Assembly (NCBI GenBank): GCA_022822865.1
Contig: JAJDYJ010000029.1
Span: 26,440-90,439 of the forward strand
DNA length: 64,000 nucleotides
Direction: 5' to 3'
Origin: Pseudomonadales bacterium
GTDB taxonomy: Bacteria > Pseudomonadota > Gammaproteobacteria > Pseudomonadales > Pseudohongiellaceae
Both the position numbers and the translations under genes were made by a program. Every line of letters starts with the position of its first letter. The first letter of the stretch is position 1. Positions 10,865 through 22,946 of this stretch are shown one piece after another. The notes under the pieces are model-generated. The model worked only from the letters and a program-made list of their open reading frames with translations. It was not told the origin of the DNA and did not search any database.

Positions 10865-12711
10865 AGCAACACTCCCACCGCGATGATAAGAACGAGGCCG
10901 GCCGCCATCGACAAGGCGTACCAGCGCAGAAAACCGGTCTGGCTGCGCACGATCAGCAGATGACCGGCGCGGCTCAATGCCGCCAGCATGTCGTAAAAGG
11001 CGTCGACGATGTCTTTCGCATTGACTCGCGCCAGATACAGGAATGGATTTACGAACAGGAAGTCGTACAGCCGATCCATGCCCCAGCCGCTGTTCCAGAA
11101 GCGGTGCAAGGCGCGAGCGGCCGGCAGGGACATGAGCCGCTCCGCGGATAGCGCGCCCGATCCGTAAAACAGGTAACTGATCGCGATGCCGATCAGGGGC
11201 AGCGCGATCATGACGCCATGCATGAATGCGCTGATGTGATGCTCTTCATGTTCGGCTCCGTGACTGAAGACGGCGTCGAGAGGCACCGGAATCCAGCCGC
11301 CGAACAGCGACAGCGCCATCAGGATGAACAAGGGCAATACGATGTTCATGCCTTTCACTTCGGTAGCGTCGTGATGGCCCCTGCTCTCGCCGTAAAACAC
11401 CACGAAGAACAGGCGGAAAGTGTATATCCCCGTGAAAAAGGCGCCGATGACGCCGCCGAGCCAGAGCCACAGGCCCTGCCCTTCGACTTCGAGCGCGGCG
11501 ATCAGGATTTCGTCCTTGCTGAAATAGCCGGAAGTGTAGGGGAACGCCGTCAATGCGAGGCCGCCGATGAGGAAGCAAAGGAATCCGACCGGCAACTGCT
11601 TGCGCTTGGCGCCCATGCGGAAGATGTCCTGCTCGTGATGCAGGCTGAGAATGACCGCACCGGCGCCCAGGAACAGCAAGGCCTTGAAGAAGGCGTGGGT
11701 CATCAGGTGGAAAATCGCGCCGGACCAGGCGCCGACGCCGAGACCGAGAAACATGTAGCCGATCTGGGACACCGTTGAATACGCGAGAATTCGCTTGATG
11801 TCGCTCTGGGTCATCGCCGTGAACCCCGCCATCAGCAAGGTAATCAGTCCGACCCAGGCGACGAGCAACTGAATGTCGGGGGCGAGTTCGAACAGCGTAT
11901 GGGTGCGGGCAATCAGATAAACGCCGGCCGTGACCATGGTGGCGGCGTGAATCAGGGCGCTGATCGGCGTCGGGCCCGCCATGGCGTCGGGCAGCCAGGT
12001 CTGCAAGGGCAACTGGGCCGATTTGCCGACCGCGCCGCCGAGCAGCAATAGCGCGGTAATCGTTGGCAAGGCCGAACCCACGGCCCATTCCGCCTCGGCC
12101 GCGTGCAACATGTCCTGAATGTTCAGGGTGCCGAGTTGGGCGAACAGCAGAAACAGGCCGATGGCCATGGCGGTATCCCCGACCCGGGTAACGACGAAGG
12201 CCTTGCGCGCCGCATAACCGTTGTACGGATCGTCATACCAGAACCCGATCAGCAGATAACTGCACAGGCCGACGCCTTCCCAGCCCAGATACAGCAGCAG
12301 CAGATTGTCGCCGAGCACGAGCAGCAGCATGGCGAAGACGAACAGGTTCATGTAGCAGAAGAAACGGCTGAAATCCGGGTCGTCGGCCATGTAGCCGGTG
12401 GAGTAGACGTGGATCAGGAAACCGACCCCGGTGATGACGAGAATCATCACCAGCGAAAGGCCGTCGAGGTAGAGATTGACGCCGGGGTCGAAGCCGGCCA
12501 CCGACATCCAGGTCCAGATGGACACCGTATGACTCTCGAGACCCGATTGCAGGAAGCTGACGGCCACCAGCGCCGCGACCGCGAAGGACAGGCCGACGCT
12601 GCCGGCGCCGATCCAGCCCGCGGGACCCCTGGCGAGTTTGCCCTCGGTCAAGGCCAGGATCAGAAATCCCAGCAGCGGAAATGTCGGCAACAGCCAGATC
12701 AGATCAAGCAC
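10861..12711 (-). CDS. nuoL: NADH-quinone oxidoreductase subunit L
   Basis: 616 aa with the motif QTWLPDAMAGPTPISALIHAATMVTAGVYL. GTG start. Confidence 0.93.
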   Translation of the reverse strand: MLDLIWLLPTFPLLGFLILALTEGKLARGPAGWIGAGSVGLSFAVAALVAVSFLQSGLESHTVSIWTWMSVAGFDPGVNLYLDGLSLVMILVITGVGFLIHVYSTGYMADDPDFSRFFCYMNLFVFAMLLLVLGDNLLLLYLGWEGVGLCSYLLIGFWYDDPYNGYAARKAFVVTRVGDTAMAIGLFLLFAQLGTLNIQDMLHAAEAEWAVGSALPTITALLLLGGAVGKSAQLPLQTWLPDAMAGPTPISALIHAATMVTAGVYLIARTHTLFELAPDIQLLVAWVGLITLLMAGFTAMTQSDIKRILAYSTVSQIGYMFLGLGVGAWSGAIFHLMTHAFFKALLFLGAGAVILSLHHEQDIFRMGAKRKQLPVGFLCFLIGGLALTAFPYTSGYFSKDEILIAALEVEGQGLWLWLGGVIGAFFTGIYTFRLFFVVFYGESRGHHDATEVKGMNIVLPLFILMALSLFGGWIPVPLDAVFSHGAEHEEHHISAFMHGVMIALPLIGIAISYLFYGSGALSAERLMSLPAARALHRFWNSGWGMDRLYDFLFVNPFLYLARVNAKDIVDAFYDMLAALSRAGHLLIVRSQTGFLRWYALSMAAGLVLIIAVGVLL

Positions 12712-12717
12712 TGATTC

Positions 12718-13029
12718 TTATCCTTTCAACTCGCTGAGCACATTGATGTCGACGGTCTGGAAGCGCCGGTACATCTGGATGATCAGGCTCAGGCCGACGG
12801 CGACTTCGGCCGCGGCCAGAGTCAGGATCAGAATGAACATGATCTGCCCGTCCGCCTGTTCCCAGCGCGAGCCGGCGACAATGAACGCCAGCCCACAGGC
12901 ATTGAGCATGACTTCCAGCGACATCAGCACGAACACGATGTTGCGCCGGGTGAGCACGCCGATCAGCCCCAGCGAGAACAGGATTCCCGCCAGGATCAGG
13001 CCGTGTTCAACCGGAATCGCTCCCATCAT
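12718..13029 (-). CDS. nuoK: NADH-quinone oxidoreductase subunit K
   Basis: 103 aa with three TM helices (LSLEVMLNA-type). Position between nuoJ and nuoL. Confidence 0.9.
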   Translation of the reverse strand: MMGAIPVEHGLILAGILFSLGLIGVLTRRNIVFVLMSLEVMLNACGLAFIVAGSRWEQADGQIMFILILTLAAAEVAVGLSLIIQMYRRFQTVDINVLSELKG

Positions 13030-13526
13030 TCCTCTCCCGACCCGGTTTTCCGCGCCAGGTGATAGGCGGAGACAAGCCCCGCCAGCAGCAGGATCGAGGC
13101 CAGTTCCACGGCAAGCACATAAGGCCCGAACAGCCGCGTACCGACCGCCATGACGCCGACCTGCTCCGCTGCCGACATGCCTTCGACCCCGCCCAGCACA
13201 TAAAGCAATTGTGCGAGCAGCACGGCCGCGAGCAGCGCCGGCAGGACCCAGCCGCGGCCCGCCAGCCAGACCCGTTCCTGCTGCCGCGTGTTCTGGCCGA
13301 GATTGAGCATCATGATCACGAACAGGAAGAGCACCATGATGGCCCCGGCGTAAACGATGGCCTCGAGCATGGCCGCCAGCGGCGCCCCGAGCGTATAGAA
13401 GATCACCGCTACCGCGAGCAGCGAGAGAATCAGGTAAATCAGGGCGTGCACGATATTGGTCTGCACGATGACGCCGATGGTGGCGATGACGGCCACGGCT
13501 CCGGCCAGATAGAACAGCAGCGTCAT
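13026..13526 (-). CDS. nuoJ: NADH-quinone oxidoreductase subunit J
   Basis: Track ORF 13026..13847, trimmed to [20 protein letters not shown] (ATG 13524-13526, overlapping the nuoI stop). 166-aa membrane protein. Confidence 0.88.
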   Translation of the reverse strand: MTLLFYLAGAVAVIATIGVIVQTNIVHALIYLILSLLAVAVIFYTLGAPLAAMLEAIVYAGAIMVLFLFVIMMLNLGQNTRQQERVWLAGRGWVLPALLAAVLLAQLLYVLGGVEGMSAAEQVGVMAVGTRLFGPYVLAVELASILLLAGLVSAYHLARKTGSGEE

Positions 13527-14062
13527 GGCAGCAGGCTCCTGACGTCCACGGGCTCCGCTTCGTTGAGCGCCTCGCCCTTGTCCTTGCCCGCGACCTGCTT
13601 GCCCGCCACGCGGTAGAAATTGTAGTCGTGGTACTTGCCGACGCCGTCGATCAGCAGGTCTTCCTTTTCCCAGACCATGTCCTGGCGCACGTATTCGGCC
13701 ATTTCGAAATCCGGCGTCAGTTGAATGGCGTTGGTGGGACAGGCTTCCTCGCAGAAACCGCACATGATGCAGCGGGAAAAATTGATGCGGAAGAACTCCG
13801 GATACCAGCGGCCGTCTTCGGTTTCCGCCTTTTGCAAGGCGATGCAATCCACCGGACAGGCCACGGCGCAGAGATTGCAGGCCACGCAGCGCTCCTCGCC
13901 GTCGGGGTCGCGGCTGAGGATGATGCGGCCGCGCCAGCGGGGAAACATGTACGGCTGTTCGTCAGGGTATTGCACGGTATCCGCCTTTACGAACAACTTG
14001 CGGAACACACCCCACAGGGTAACCGCCTGACTGAGCAGCGTGTCCTTTATCAATCTGAACAT
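13523..14062 (-). CDS. nuoI: NADH-quinone oxidoreductase subunit I
   Basis: 179 aa with two 4Fe-4S ferredoxin motifs, [12 protein letters not shown] and [12 protein letters not shown]. Confidence 0.95.
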   Translation of the reverse strand: MFRLIKDTLLSQAVTLWGVFRKLFVKADTVQYPDEQPYMFPRWRGRIILSRDPDGEERCVACNLCAVACPVDCIALQKAETEDGRWYPEFFRINFSRCIMCGFCEEACPTNAIQLTPDFEMAEYVRQDMVWEKEDLLIDGVGKYHDYNFYRVAGKQVAGKDKGEALNEAEPVDVRSLLP

Positions 14063-14076
14063 GGCTCTTCCTCCCC

Positions 14077-15036
14077 CTACATCGTGCCCAGGACCACCGC
14101 GCCGGTGACCAGCAGGTTCAGCAGCGACAGCGGCAGCAGGAACAGCCAGCCGTAGCTCATGAGCTGGTCATAGCGCGGCCGCGGCAGCGCCGCTCGCATC
14201 AGGATGAAAAACGCGATGAAGATTCCGGCCTTGAGCGAGAACCAGACGATCGGCGGCAAAAACGCCGGCCCCAGCCAGCCGCCGAAGAACAAGACCGTGA
14301 TCAGCGAGGATATCAGCACGAGGCCGAGATACTCGCCGACGAAAAACATGCCGAATTTCATGCCGGAATATTCGGTGTGATAGCCCGCGCAGATTTCCTG
14401 TTCGGCCTCGGGAATGTCGAAAGGCAGCCGGTGGCTTTCGGCGACGCCGGCGATCAGGAATATGAGAAAGCCGATGCATTGCGGCGCGATGTACCAGCCG
14501 TCGGCCTGGGTTTCGACGATCTCGCGCAGATTGAAACTGCCCGCCAGCACTACCACGCCAAGCAGCGAAATGCCCATGAAGACTTCGTAGCTGACCATCT
14601 GCGCCGCCGCGCGCAGGCTGCCGAGCAAGGCGTACTTGTTGTTCGACGACAGGCCGCCGAGCATGACGCTGTAGGCGCCGAGAGAGGCCATCGCCAGCAC
14701 GAACAGAACGCCGATATTCGAATCGATGACGCCGACTTCGGGCGTGAAGGGGATCACCGCGAAACTCATCAGCACGACGATCATGATGATCGCCGGCGCA
14801 AGCACGAATGTGAGCCTGTCGGCGAAAGGCGGCACCCAGTCTTCCTTGGTGAAGATCTTGATCATGTCGGCGACGACCTGCATGATGCCGAACCAGCCCA
14901 CGCGGTTCGGGCCGAGGCGTTCCTGCCAGAAACTGAGCAGCCGCCGTTCGACCCAGATCAGCATCGCGGCGAGCACGATCACCACCAGCAGTATGCTGGC
15001 GATGCTCAGGGCCGAACCGACCGCGAAGCTAAACAT
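14077..15036 (-). CDS. nuoH: NADH-quinone oxidoreductase subunit H
   Basis: Track ORF 14077..15054, with the start at [10 protein letters not shown] (ATG 15034-15036, overlapping the end of nuoG). Polytopic, with the motifs [18 protein letters not shown] and [15 protein letters not shown]. Confidence 0.92.
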   Translation of the reverse strand: MFSFAVGSALSIASILLVVIVLAAMLIWVERRLLSFWQERLGPNRVGWFGIMQVVADMIKIFTKEDWVPPFADRLTFVLAPAIIMIVVLMSFAVIPFTPEVGVIDSNIGVLFVLAMASLGAYSVMLGGLSSNNKYALLGSLRAAAQMVSYEVFMGISLLGVVVLAGSFNLREIVETQADGWYIAPQCIGFLIFLIAGVAESHRLPFDIPEAEQEICAGYHTEYSGMKFGMFFVGEYLGLVLISSLITVLFFGGWLGPAFLPPIVWFSLKAGIFIAFFILMRAALPRPRYDQLMSYGWLFLLPLSLLNLLVTGAVVLGTM

Positions 15037-17785
15037 AGTCCCGCCCCCGCGCAAGATCGGACACGATCAATTCGCCGAGGCCGCGGCCCTCGGGGGCTTC
15101 CGCCGGCGCCAGCTCGACGCGCGCGCCCAGGCCATGAAAGAGCCCGTGAAAATCGATTTCCGCATCGCCGACGTACAAAGCCACCGCGCCGGCGCTCATT
15201 TGCGTGCGAATGCAAGTCAGTGCGGTTGCCGTAACACCGCCTGCGCCGCTCAGCGTCACGCCCTGGCCCTGTTGCAGACCGTGCCGCTGCGCATCGGCGG
15301 GTGAAATCGCCACATAGGCGCCGGTCATGCGCGCGCGTATCGCTTCGCTGCGGGAAGACAACTCCTCGCTGCCGAATATCTGCAAGGCGGGAAGCAATTC
15401 GAGGCCGGCGCCGTCGACCTTCGCCGGAAGCGGATGGTATTCGCCGCTCTCCGATCTCTTTTCCAACAACAGTGTCCCGCCGTGTCCCTGGCGCAGGGGG
15501 CCGTTGATCTCGTCCTGGAACTTGCTGATGCTCTGGTTGGAATTCCATTGCGGGGCCCAGGACGAGGCCAGAATCGTCGCATCGCGCCGGGGCGGGACGC
15601 CTTCCATCGAAAACGCCAGCGCGGACTCGGGATCCTGGGTTTGTTTGGGTTCGTGCACGTTCAGGTTCGCCTTCATCGCGGTCCTGCCGCTATAGCGTTC
15701 GGACTGGCGCGGCACCTTGATGCCGTTGGGCAGGTTGGAGGTATCGGGCAATACATCTCCCAGTTTCGCGAAAGCCGGAATCGAGTCCGCGCAGTCGAGC
15801 AGCGCCCGGCGGAAATGTTCGAAGCCGCCGGTCCATTGCCAGGCCGGACGCGCCGCGCTATGGCTGCGATGCACCTGGTAGGCGAGTTGCGCCCTGCCCT
15901 CGTAATTCACATAGCTTGTCTGCTGCTCGGAGAACGCGGTTACCGGCAATACGAGGTCCGCTTTCGCCGTGGTGCGATTGGGCAACAGATCGAGCGCGGC
16001 GGTCTGTCCGGCCGCGGCCAGGGCCGCGTCGACCCCGGCGTGAGGCGCGCGGCGATAAAGATCGTTTTCGAGCACGATGACATTCGCCGCCTCGCCGGAA
16101 CTCAACTTGCGCAGGGCTGCGCCGAGACTGTTTTCCGGCCGGGTCATCAGGTGCAGGCCCATGCTGTTGACTTCGGCGGTCAGCAGGCAAAGATCCACCG
16201 GCGACGCGCCGCCGTTCCCGCGGCGCTTGCGCAAGGCGCCGGCGACATTTACCGCGGCCTTGATCAGATCGATGTCGCCGCCGCTTGCCCCGGCAACGAT
16301 CAGCGGCCTGCGGGCGGCAAGCAATTGATCGGCGATTCGCGCGAGTGCATCGACGCCGCCTCCGCCGGAAGGAGCGTCGGAATCTATCCGGTGAGCCAAC
16401 TCGAACGCGTTCCGCGCGAGCGCCGATGGCGTGTCGATGACACGGTCCGAAGCGACGTCGTCCAGCCGGGTCGCGCCGCAAGCGAAAATGCTTAACGGAC
16501 TGCGCTCCTGTTGCGCGAGTTCGCGCACGGCGGCGTCCTGCCAGCGCGGGATATTGGCGCCGTCGGCCAACTCCAGCGCCTTGTTGTGTACCGACTGGCG
16601 CAGGGCCAAGGCGACTCGCGGCGCGGTATTGGTGACGTCCTCGCCGAGTACGAGGACGGCGTCGGCCTGCTCGATTTCGCGGATGGAGGGATTGTGGAAA
16701 CGCGGGTCCGACGCCGCTTCGGCGATCAGTTGCATGCAGGCATGTTCCGCATCGGAATAGCCGGCATGAAAATTCTCTTCGCCGACCAGCTTGCGCAAGG
16801 CGAAGTTGGCTTCGTTTCCGGCCCGCGGCGAGCCTATACCAATAGTGCCGCCGTCGCTGCCGGCGATTTCACACAATTGCCGTTGCGCGGCGGCCGCATC
16901 GAGTTCCTTGTCCGCGCCGTCAAGCGGGGTCTTGAGACGCTCCGCGTCGTTCACATAGCCCGTACCGAAGCGGCCGCGGTCGCAGATGAAATAGCCATTG
17001 AGTTCGCTGTGATAACGATTGACGACACGGCGCAATTCCCCGTAGCGCTCGCCGGGCGCGATGTTGCAGCCCACGCCGCAGCCGGCGCAGATCGAAGGCG
17101 CGGTCTGCAGATCCCATTTGCGCGTGTAGTTCTCGCTGAAAACCTTGTCGGTAAAGACCCCGGTGGGGCAAACCTCGACCAGGTTGCCGCTGAACTCGCT
17201 TTCCAGCGTGCCTTCCCGGTGCCTCCCGAAATAAGTGAAATGGTGCGCGGCCTGGGCCGAGAGATCTTCCCCGCCCGCATATTCGTTGTAGAAGCGCACG
17301 CAGCGATAGCAGGTGATGCAGCGATTCATCTCGTGATTGATGAAAGGGCCGAGATACTGGTTGCGGTGGGTGACCTTTTTCTTGTCGTAACGGCGATAGT
17401 TGTGGCCCGACATCAGGGTCATGTCCTGCAGATGGCATTCGCCGCCTTCCTCGCAAACCGGACAATCGTGAGGATGGCTGATCATCAGGCTTTCGATGAC
17501 GCCGGCCCGGAAGGCTTTCGCTTGCTGATCTTCGATGGAAATCCTCGCGCCGGGCTGTACCGGGGTCATGCAGGCCATGGTCATGATGCCGGCGCTGTCT
17601 TCCTCGTCGCGATATTGCTTGACCGCGCATTGGCGGCAGGCGCCGACTGAGCCCATGCAGGGATGCCAGCAGAAATACGGCAGGTCCAGGCCCAGCGACA
17701 GGCATTCCTGCAACAGGTTGCTGCCGGCGTTCACTTCGTAAGTGACGCCATCTATCGAAATTTCCACCTTCGCCTTGTCAGTCAT
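15029..17785 (-). CDS. nuoG: NADH-quinone oxidoreductase subunit G
   Basis: Track ORF 15029..18031, trimmed to [18 protein letters not shown] (ATG 17783-17785). Motifs: 2Fe-2[16 protein letters not shown], then [18 protein letters not shown] and [10 protein letters not shown]. 918 aa, the long E. coli-type form. Confidence 0.93.
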   Translation of the reverse strand: MTDKAKVEISIDGVTYEVNAGSNLLQECLSLGLDLPYFCWHPCMGSVGACRQCAVKQYRDEEDSAGIMTMACMTPVQPGARISIEDQQAKAFRAGVIESLMISHPHDCPVCEEGGECHLQDMTLMSGHNYRRYDKKKVTHRNQYLGPFINHEMNRCITCYRCVRFYNEYAGGEDLSAQAAHHFTYFGRHREGTLESEFSGNLVEVCPTGVFTDKVFSENYTRKWDLQTAPSICAGCGVGCNIAPGERYGELRRVVNRYHSELNGYFICDRGRFGTGYVNDAERLKTPLDGADKELDAAAAQRQLCEIAGSDGGTIGIGSPRAGNEANFALRKLVGEENFHAGYSDAEHACMQLIAEAASDPRFHNPSIREIEQADAVLVLGEDVTNTAPRVALALRQSVHNKALELADGANIPRWQDAAVRELAQQERSPLSIFACGATRLDDVASDRVIDTPSALARNAFELAHRIDSDAPSGGGGVDALARIADQLLAARRPLIVAGASGGDIDLIKAAVNVAGALRKRRGNGGASPVDLCLLTAEVNSMGLHLMTRPENSLGAALRKLSSGEAANVIVLENDLYRRAPHAGVDAALAAAGQTAALDLLPNRTTAKADLVLPVTAFSEQQTSYVNYEGRAQLAYQVHRSHSAARPAWQWTGGFEHFRRALLDCADSIPAFAKLGDVLPDTSNLPNGIKVPRQSERYSGRTAMKANLNVHEPKQTQDPESALAFSMEGVPPRRDATILASSWAPQWNSNQSISKFQDEINGPLRQGHGGTLLLEKRSESGEYHPLPAKVDGAGLELLPALQIFGSEELSSRSEAIRARMTGAYVAISPADAQRHGLQQGQGVTLSGAGGVTATALTCIRTQMSAGAVALYVGDAEIDFHGLFHGLGARVELAPAEAPEGRGLGELIVSDLARGRDYV

Positions 17786-17790
17786 TGTAC

Positions 17791-19071
17791 TCAGTGCCTG
17801 TACGGGCAACGTTGCTCCTTGATATGCCGCTCGAAATCTTCGCGGAAGTATCGCAGGCCGCTGCCCAGGGGCGCGGTGGCGCCGGGCGCGAGCGCGCAGA
17901 AAGTCTTGCCCGGTCCCATGTAGTCCACGTGTTCTTCGAGGATCGCCAGATCCTCGTAAGTGCCGTTGCCACGCTCGAATTCCCGGAAAATCTCGTCGAC
18001 CCAGGGCAAGCCGTCCCGGCACGGCGTGCAATAGCCGCAGGACTCATGGGAGAAAAACGTCATCAGATTGCCGATCATGCCCACCGGACAGGTCTTGTCG
18101 TCGAGCAGGATCAGGGTGCCGGTGGCGAGCCTGCTGCCCGCCCCGGCGATATCGTCGTAATCAAGATTCAGGTCGAGATGTTCCGGCAGCATGAAATCCG
18201 TCGATCCGCCGCCTGGCAGAAAGCCTTTCAGTTGCAATCCGTCGCGCATGCCGCCGCCGTATACTTCGAGCAATTCGCGGATCGGCGTGCCCAGGGGCAG
18301 TTCCCAGCAGCCGGGCGTGCGCGCCTTGCCGCTGATGCCGAACAGCTTGGTGCCGTGATCGTTGCCTTTCGTCAGGCTGCGATACCAGTCGATGCCCCAG
18401 GCGAGGATGCCGGGCAGATTGCAGATGGTTTCCACGTTATTGACGATGGTCGGCTTGCCCCAGAGCCCGCTGACCTGGGGGAAAGGCGGCTTCGCGCGCG
18501 GATTGGCGCGTTTGCCTTCGAGCGCGTTCAGCAACGCGGTTTCCTCGCCGCAGATGTAGCGCCCGGCGCTGGTATGCAGGATGATGTCGAGGTCGAAGCC
18601 GGTGTCGAGGATATTGCGCCCCAGGTAGCCGCTTTCATAGGCCTCCGCCAGCGCCTTGCGCAGGATGCGTTCCGAATCGGTGTATTCGCCGCGCAGAAAG
18701 ATATAGGCCTTGCTTGCCTGGATGGCGTAGGAGGCGATGAGCATGCCGTCAATGAGCAGATGCGGATCGCCCTCCATCAGCAGGCGGTCCTTGAAGGTGC
18801 CCGGCTCCATTTCGTCGGCGTTGACGACGAAATACTTCTGTTTCGGCGCCTTCTCGCCCATGGGCACGAAACTCCATTTCAGGCCGGTCGGGAAACCCGC
18901 GCCGCCGCGGCCTTTCAGGCCCGACTCCTTGACCTGTTCCAGCACGTCGGCCGGATCGAGACCGCGGGCGATCGCGTGCAGGCCATGATAACCGCCGGTC
19001 GCCTCGTAGGCCGCCAACTCCAGCGGCTGCCGCGAGAAATCGATATTTCTTGTCAGGGGGTTGCTGACCAC
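17791..19071 (-). CDS. nuoF: NADH-quinone oxidoreductase subunit F
   Basis: Track ORF 17791..19314. The likely start is the GTG at 19069-19071, just after the nuoE stop. Motifs: GLKGRGGAGFPTGLKW and ESCGYCTPCRDG. Confidence 0.9.
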   Translation of the reverse strand: MVSNPLTRNIDFSRQPLELAAYEATGGYHGLHAIARGLDPADVLEQVKESGLKGRGGAGFPTGLKWSFVPMGEKAPKQKYFVVNADEMEPGTFKDRLLMEGDPHLLIDGMLIASYAIQASKAYIFLRGEYTDSERILRKALAEAYESGYLGRNILDTGFDLDIILHTSAGRYICGEETALLNALEGKRANPRAKPPFPQVSGLWGKPTIVNNVETICNLPGILAWGIDWYRSLTKGNDHGTKLFGISGKARTPGCWELPLGTPIRELLEVYGGGMRDGLQLKGFLPGGGSTDFMLPEHLDLNLDYDDIAGAGSRLATGTLILLDDKTCPVGMIGNLMTFFSHESCGYCTPCRDGLPWVDEIFREFERGNGTYEDLAILEEHVDYMGPGKTFCALAPGATAPLGSGLRYFREDFERHIKEQRCPYRH

Positions 19072-19073
19072 GA

Positions 19074-19601
19074 TCAGTCCTGCCTGTCCCGGTAGTTCGC
19101 GAAGATTTCGCCCAGATTCTTCCGATCCAGGTTGCGATGCAGGTCCGGCCCCACCATCATCACCGGCGCCCGGTCGCAGTCGCCGAGACAGGGAACCGGG
19201 ATCAAGGTGAATTCGCCGTCTGCGCTGGTTTCGCCGTAATCGATGCCGAGTTCCCCGGAAATCTTCTCCTTGACCTGATCGCAGCCCATGATCCAGCAAC
19301 TGACGCTCTTGCAATAGAGAATCACGTTCCTGCCTACCGGACGGCGGTAGATCAGGTTGAAAAAAGTCGCCACGCCTTCGAGTTCCGCCGCCGGCAGGCC
19401 GAGATATTCGGCGACGGCGAGCAGGGATTCGTCGGAAACCCAGCCGCGATGCTTCTGCACGATCTTCAGGGCTTCCAGGCCCACGGCGCGGGTGTCCGGA
19501 TAAAGCGTACGCTCGTGTTCAATCTCGGCGATTTCCGCATCCAGCAGGTAATCCGTGGAAACGGCCGTCGAGGCGATCAGTTGTTCGGTCTTTGTACTCA
19601 T
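19074..19601 (-). CDS. nuoE: NADH-quinone oxidoreductase subunit E
   Basis: 175 aa with 2Fe-2S ligand motifs CKSVSCWIMGC and CLGDCDRAP. Confidence 0.93.
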   Translation of the reverse strand: MSTKTEQLIASTAVSTDYLLDAEIAEIEHERTLYPDTRAVGLEALKIVQKHRGWVSDESLLAVAEYLGLPAAELEGVATFFNLIYRRPVGRNVILYCKSVSCWIMGCDQVKEKISGELGIDYGETSADGEFTLIPVPCLGDCDRAPVMMVGPDLHRNLDRKNLGEIFANYRDRQD

Positions 19602-19633
19602 CGGTTTCCGCTAGCTTTTCTTGACCCCTTGGC

Positions 19634-21409
19634 TTAGCGATCCACGTCCGCCATGACGAAATCGATGCTGGCGATGATCGCGATCAGGTCCGCCACCATG
19701 AAACCGTTGCTGATATGCGGAATCATCTGCAAATGGGCGAAGGACGGGGTGCGGATCCGCGTGCGGTAGGAGCCGCCGCTGCCGTCGCTGACCAGGTAAT
19801 AGCTGTTGATGCCCTTGGTCGCTTCGATCGAAACGGTGACTTCGTCGGGCGGAATCACCGGCCCCCAGCTTACGCTGAGAAAGTGGTTGATCAGGGTTTC
19901 GATGTCGCGCAGGGTTTCTTCCTTGCGCGGCGGCGTGGTCAGCGGATGGTCGGCCTTGTAGTGGCCGCCGGGCATGTTGTCCAGGCATTGCTTGATGATG
20001 CGCAGGCTCTGTCGCATTTCCTCGACGCGCACCGCGCAGCGGTCGTAGCAATCGCCGTTGACGGCGATGGGCACGTCGAATTCGAAGTTGTCGTAGCCGG
20101 CGTAGGGCCGCTGCTTGCGGAAATCCCATTCCAGGCCGGTGGCGCGCAGTCCGGCGCCGGTAACGCCCCAATCGAAGGCTTCCTGCGTATCGTAGACGCC
20201 GACGCCCTGGGTGCGCCGCTTGAGGATGCCGTTATTGAGCACCATGCTGTCGTATTCGTCGATCCGCGGCGGCATGAATTCGAGCAGCTCCCGCACGCGC
20301 ATGTCCCAGCCTTCGGGCAGGTCCTGGGCGACGCCGCCGATGCGGAACCAGCCCGGATGCATGCGCGCGCCACAGATCGATTCGATGATGTTGAAGATGC
20401 GTTCGCGCTCGACGAACATGTAGAAGATCGGCGAAAGCTGGCCCACGTCCTGGGCGAAAGTGCCATAGAACAGCAAGTGGCTGCAGATACGGAACATTTC
20501 GGCCAGCATGATGCGGATGACTTTGGCGCGCTCGGGCACTTCGATGCCCGCCATCTTCTCCACCGCCATCACGTAAGGCAGGTTGTTCATTACCCCGCCG
20601 AGGTAATCGATGCGGTCGGTATAGGGAATGAAAGTGTGCCAGGACTGGCGCTCGGCCATCTTTTCCGCGCCACGGTGGTGGTAACCGATATCCGGCACCG
20701 CGTCGATGAGTATTTCGCCGTCGAGTTGCAATGCGATGCGGAAAGCGCCATGGACGCTAGGGTGATTGGGCCCTAGATTCAGAAACATGAATTCCGAATC
20801 CTCCGACTTTCGCTTCATGCCCCATTGTTCGGGATTGAACAGCAGGGCGTCCTGTTCGTAGCCCGCCTGATCGTCGTCGAGCGAATACGGGTCCATTTCC
20901 GTCGCCCGGGCCGGATGTTCCTTGCGCAGGGGGTGGCCTTCCCAGGTCGGCGGCAGGATCAGCCGGTAGAGATTCGGATGACCTTCGAAATTAATGGCGA
21001 ACATGTCCCAGGCTTCGCGCTCGTACCAGTTCGCGGCGGGCCAGAGTCCGGTCACGGTCGGTATGTTCAGGTCCGCGTCCATCAGGGGCACCTTGACGCG
21101 GAAGTCGCAATTGCCGGAGAAGGACATCAGGTGATAGACGACGGTGAACTCGCTCGGCGGCTGCGATTCGCGATGCGTGCGCATGCGCTCGTCGATGGCG
21201 GTCAGATCGAACAGCATCTCGAAACGCGGATTGGCCCCTTCGCGCAGTTCGCGCAGGAATTCCACCACGTCGCCGCGGTCTACCCAGACCGTGGGAATGC
21301 CGTCACAGGTGAATTGCTCGGCGAGAATGCGGCCGGCGAATTTCGCCTGTAACGCAGCCGGGATCAGGCTGGTTGCCATTGTCGTGCTGGTAGCGGTCGC
21401 GACTGGCAT
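19634..21409 (-). CDS. nuoC: NADH-quinone oxidoreductase fused subunit C/D
   Basis: 591 aa. The NuoC part carries [10 protein letters not shown] and the NuoD part carries [14 protein letters not shown]...VMADVDR. The fusion is as in E. coli and Pseudomonas. Confidence 0.94.
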   Translation of the reverse strand: MPVATATSTTMATSLIPAALQAKFAGRILAEQFTCDGIPTVWVDRGDVVEFLRELREGANPRFEMLFDLTAIDERMRTHRESQPPSEFTVVYHLMSFSGNCDFRVKVPLMDADLNIPTVTGLWPAANWYEREAWDMFAINFEGHPNLYRLILPPTWEGHPLRKEHPARATEMDPYSLDDDQAGYEQDALLFNPEQWGMKRKSEDSEFMFLNLGPNHPSVHGAFRIALQLDGEILIDAVPDIGYHHRGAEKMAERQSWHTFIPYTDRIDYLGGVMNNLPYVMAVEKMAGIEVPERAKVIRIMLAEMFRICSHLLFYGTFAQDVGQLSPIFYMFVERERIFNIIESICGARMHPGWFRIGGVAQDLPEGWDMRVRELLEFMPPRIDEYDSMVLNNGILKRRTQGVGVYDTQEAFDWGVTGAGLRATGLEWDFRKQRPYAGYDNFEFDVPIAVNGDCYDRCAVRVEEMRQSLRIIKQCLDNMPGGHYKADHPLTTPPRKEETLRDIETLINHFLSVSWGPVIPPDEVTVSIEATKGINSYYLVSDGSGGSYRTRIRTPSFAHLQMIPHISNGFMVADLIAIIASIDFVMADVDR

Positions 21410-21451
21410 GTCCTTGAATTTTCCGGCTCTGCTACTTTGTTTGACCTGGAT

Positions 21452-22093
21452 TCAGACGCGGTCCGGAGAGCGCAATTCGGTCGCGGCGATCCGCTCGTCA
21501 TGGCGGAACTCGCGTTGCACCGTCCTCGGTTTTTTCTGGATGATGCCCTGGTCGTTGATGACCCAACTCAGCGGCCGGCGTTGCTTGCCGACCTGTTCCT
21601 GCAACAGGATCAGACCCTGCAGCAGCGCCTCCGGACGCGGCGGGCAACCGGAAACGTAAACGTCCACGGGCAGGAACTTGTCGACTCCCTGCACTACTGA
21701 ATAGATGTCGTACATGCCGCCGGAGTTGGCGCAGGAGCCCATGCTGATCACCCATTTGGGCTCGAGCATCTGGTCGTACAGCAATCGCACCACCGGCGCC
21801 ATCTTGCGGAACACCGTGCCGGCGATAACGATCATGTCCGCCTGCCGCGGCGTGCCGCGAATGACCTCGGCGCCGAACCGCGCCAGGTCGTGGCGGGCGG
21901 TGAAGGCGGTCGCCATTTCCACGTAGCAGCAGGAAAGGCCGAAATTGAACGGCCAGATCGAGTTCTTGCGGCCCCAGGCGATCATGTCCTCCAGTCTGGC
22001 CATGACCACGTTGCGGCGCAGGAATTCGTCGACGCTCGCGCCGCCGGGCTGACCTGAAGAAGCCTCCTCGGCCTTTTGCAACTGCCAGCTCAC
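21452..22093 (-). CDS. nuoB: NADH-quinone oxidoreductase subunit B
   Basis: Track ORF 21452..22258. The likely start is the GTG at 22091-22093, overlapping the nuoA stop (TTGTGA). Motifs: [28 protein letters not shown]. Confidence 0.9.
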   Translation of the reverse strand: MSWQLQKAEEASSGQPGGASVDEFLRRNVVMARLEDMIAWGRKNSIWPFNFGLSCCYVEMATAFTARHDLARFGAEVIRGTPRQADMIVIAGTVFRKMAPVVRLLYDQMLEPKWVISMGSCANSGGMYDIYSVVQGVDKFLPVDVYVSGCPPRPEALLQGLILLQEQVGKQRRPLSWVINDQGIIQKKPRTVQREFRHDERIAATELRSPDRV

Positions 22094-22518
22094 AAGTGGA
22101 ATTCCTTCTTGTTGGTCACGCCGCCGGCGCCGCGCAATTCGCGCAATTCTCGCCGCTGGATATCGGTACGCCAATCCAGCGCGCCCACGCGCCAGAGATA
22201 GAACAGCGCCGCAAGCAATATGACGATGAAAACGGCGATTTCGATAAAGCCGACCCATCCGGTCTCGCGCACGGAAACCGCCCAGGCGAACAGGAAAACG
22301 ACCTCGAGATCGAAAATGATGAACAGGATCGCCGGCAGATAGAAATGCACGGCGGTGCGGAATTGCGCCGAACCGACGGAAACGATGCCTGACTCGAAAG
22401 GCGTATCGGTGTATTTGCGGGAGGCGCTCTGCCCGAGAAAATACGACAGGCCGAGCATGAGGCCGACTATCGCCAGCACGGCGGCGGCGTAAAAGAAAAA
22501 AGGTGCTAGATCGCTCAT
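22090..22518 (-). CDS. nuoA: NADH-quinone oxidoreductase subunit A
   Basis: Track ORF 22090..22569, trimmed to [19 protein letters not shown] (ATG 22516-22518). 142 aa with three TM helices and [11 protein letters not shown]. Confidence 0.9.
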   Translation of the reverse strand: MSDLAPFFFYAAAVLAIVGLMLGLSYFLGQSASRKYTDTPFESGIVSVGSAQFRTAVHFYLPAILFIIFDLEVVFLFAWAVSVRETGWVGFIEIAVFIVILLAALFYLWRVGALDWRTDIQRRELRELRGAGGVTNKKEFHL

Positions 22519-22545
22519 GAATGACGGCGCCGAAATCGGTCCGGG

Positions 22546-22574
22546 AATGTACACGGAACGGCCGTTCAAGGCAA
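22546..22574 (-). promoter_or_regulatory. weak sigma70-like promoter candidate upstream of nuoA
   Basis: The minus strand reads TTGCCT, a 17-nt spacer, then TACATT. It ends about 28 nt upstream of the nuoA ATG. This rests on hexamer match only. Confidence 0.25.
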
Positions 22575-22616
22575 GCGACTTGTACCGGGCTGCCCCGGTT
22601 GCGGTTACACCCCGGA

Positions 22617-22946
22617 TCAGTTCGGCACGTAGATTATCTCGCCGGATTCGAGCTGGTACGCGGTACCGACCGGGCGGCCCCGCTCGCCTGTCTGTTGCCG
22701 GGATTCTTCTGCCGTATAGGCGCGGATTTCCTCCCCTTCCCTGATGATGATCTCCATGTCTTCCTCGCCGGGATTCTTGACCAGGGTGAACTCTTCGCTG
22801 AACAGCAGTTCTCCGAGTTCGAGGTGGCTGATCAGAGCCGCCATCAGCGCCACGGAGAAAACCATGGCGATATCGAACAGGTTGACGAGCGAACTCAATG
22901 GGTCGAGTTCGTCGCTGTCGGCAAGAAAGGTCTCGTATCGCTTCAT
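22617..22946 (-). CDS. DUF2149-like single-pass membrane protein (topology resembles ExbD/TolR)
   Basis: 109 aa. A short N-terminus is followed by one TM helix with an embedded Asp ([20 protein letters not shown]) and a soluble roughly 70-aa C-terminal domain. Its ATG overlaps the stop of the ExbB-like gene (ATGA). Confidence 0.8.
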   Translation of the reverse strand: MKRYETFLADSDELDPLSSLVNLFDIAMVFSVALMAALISHLELGELLFSEEFTLVKNPGEEDMEIIIREGEEIRAYTAEESRQQTGERGRPVGTAYQLESGEIIYVPN

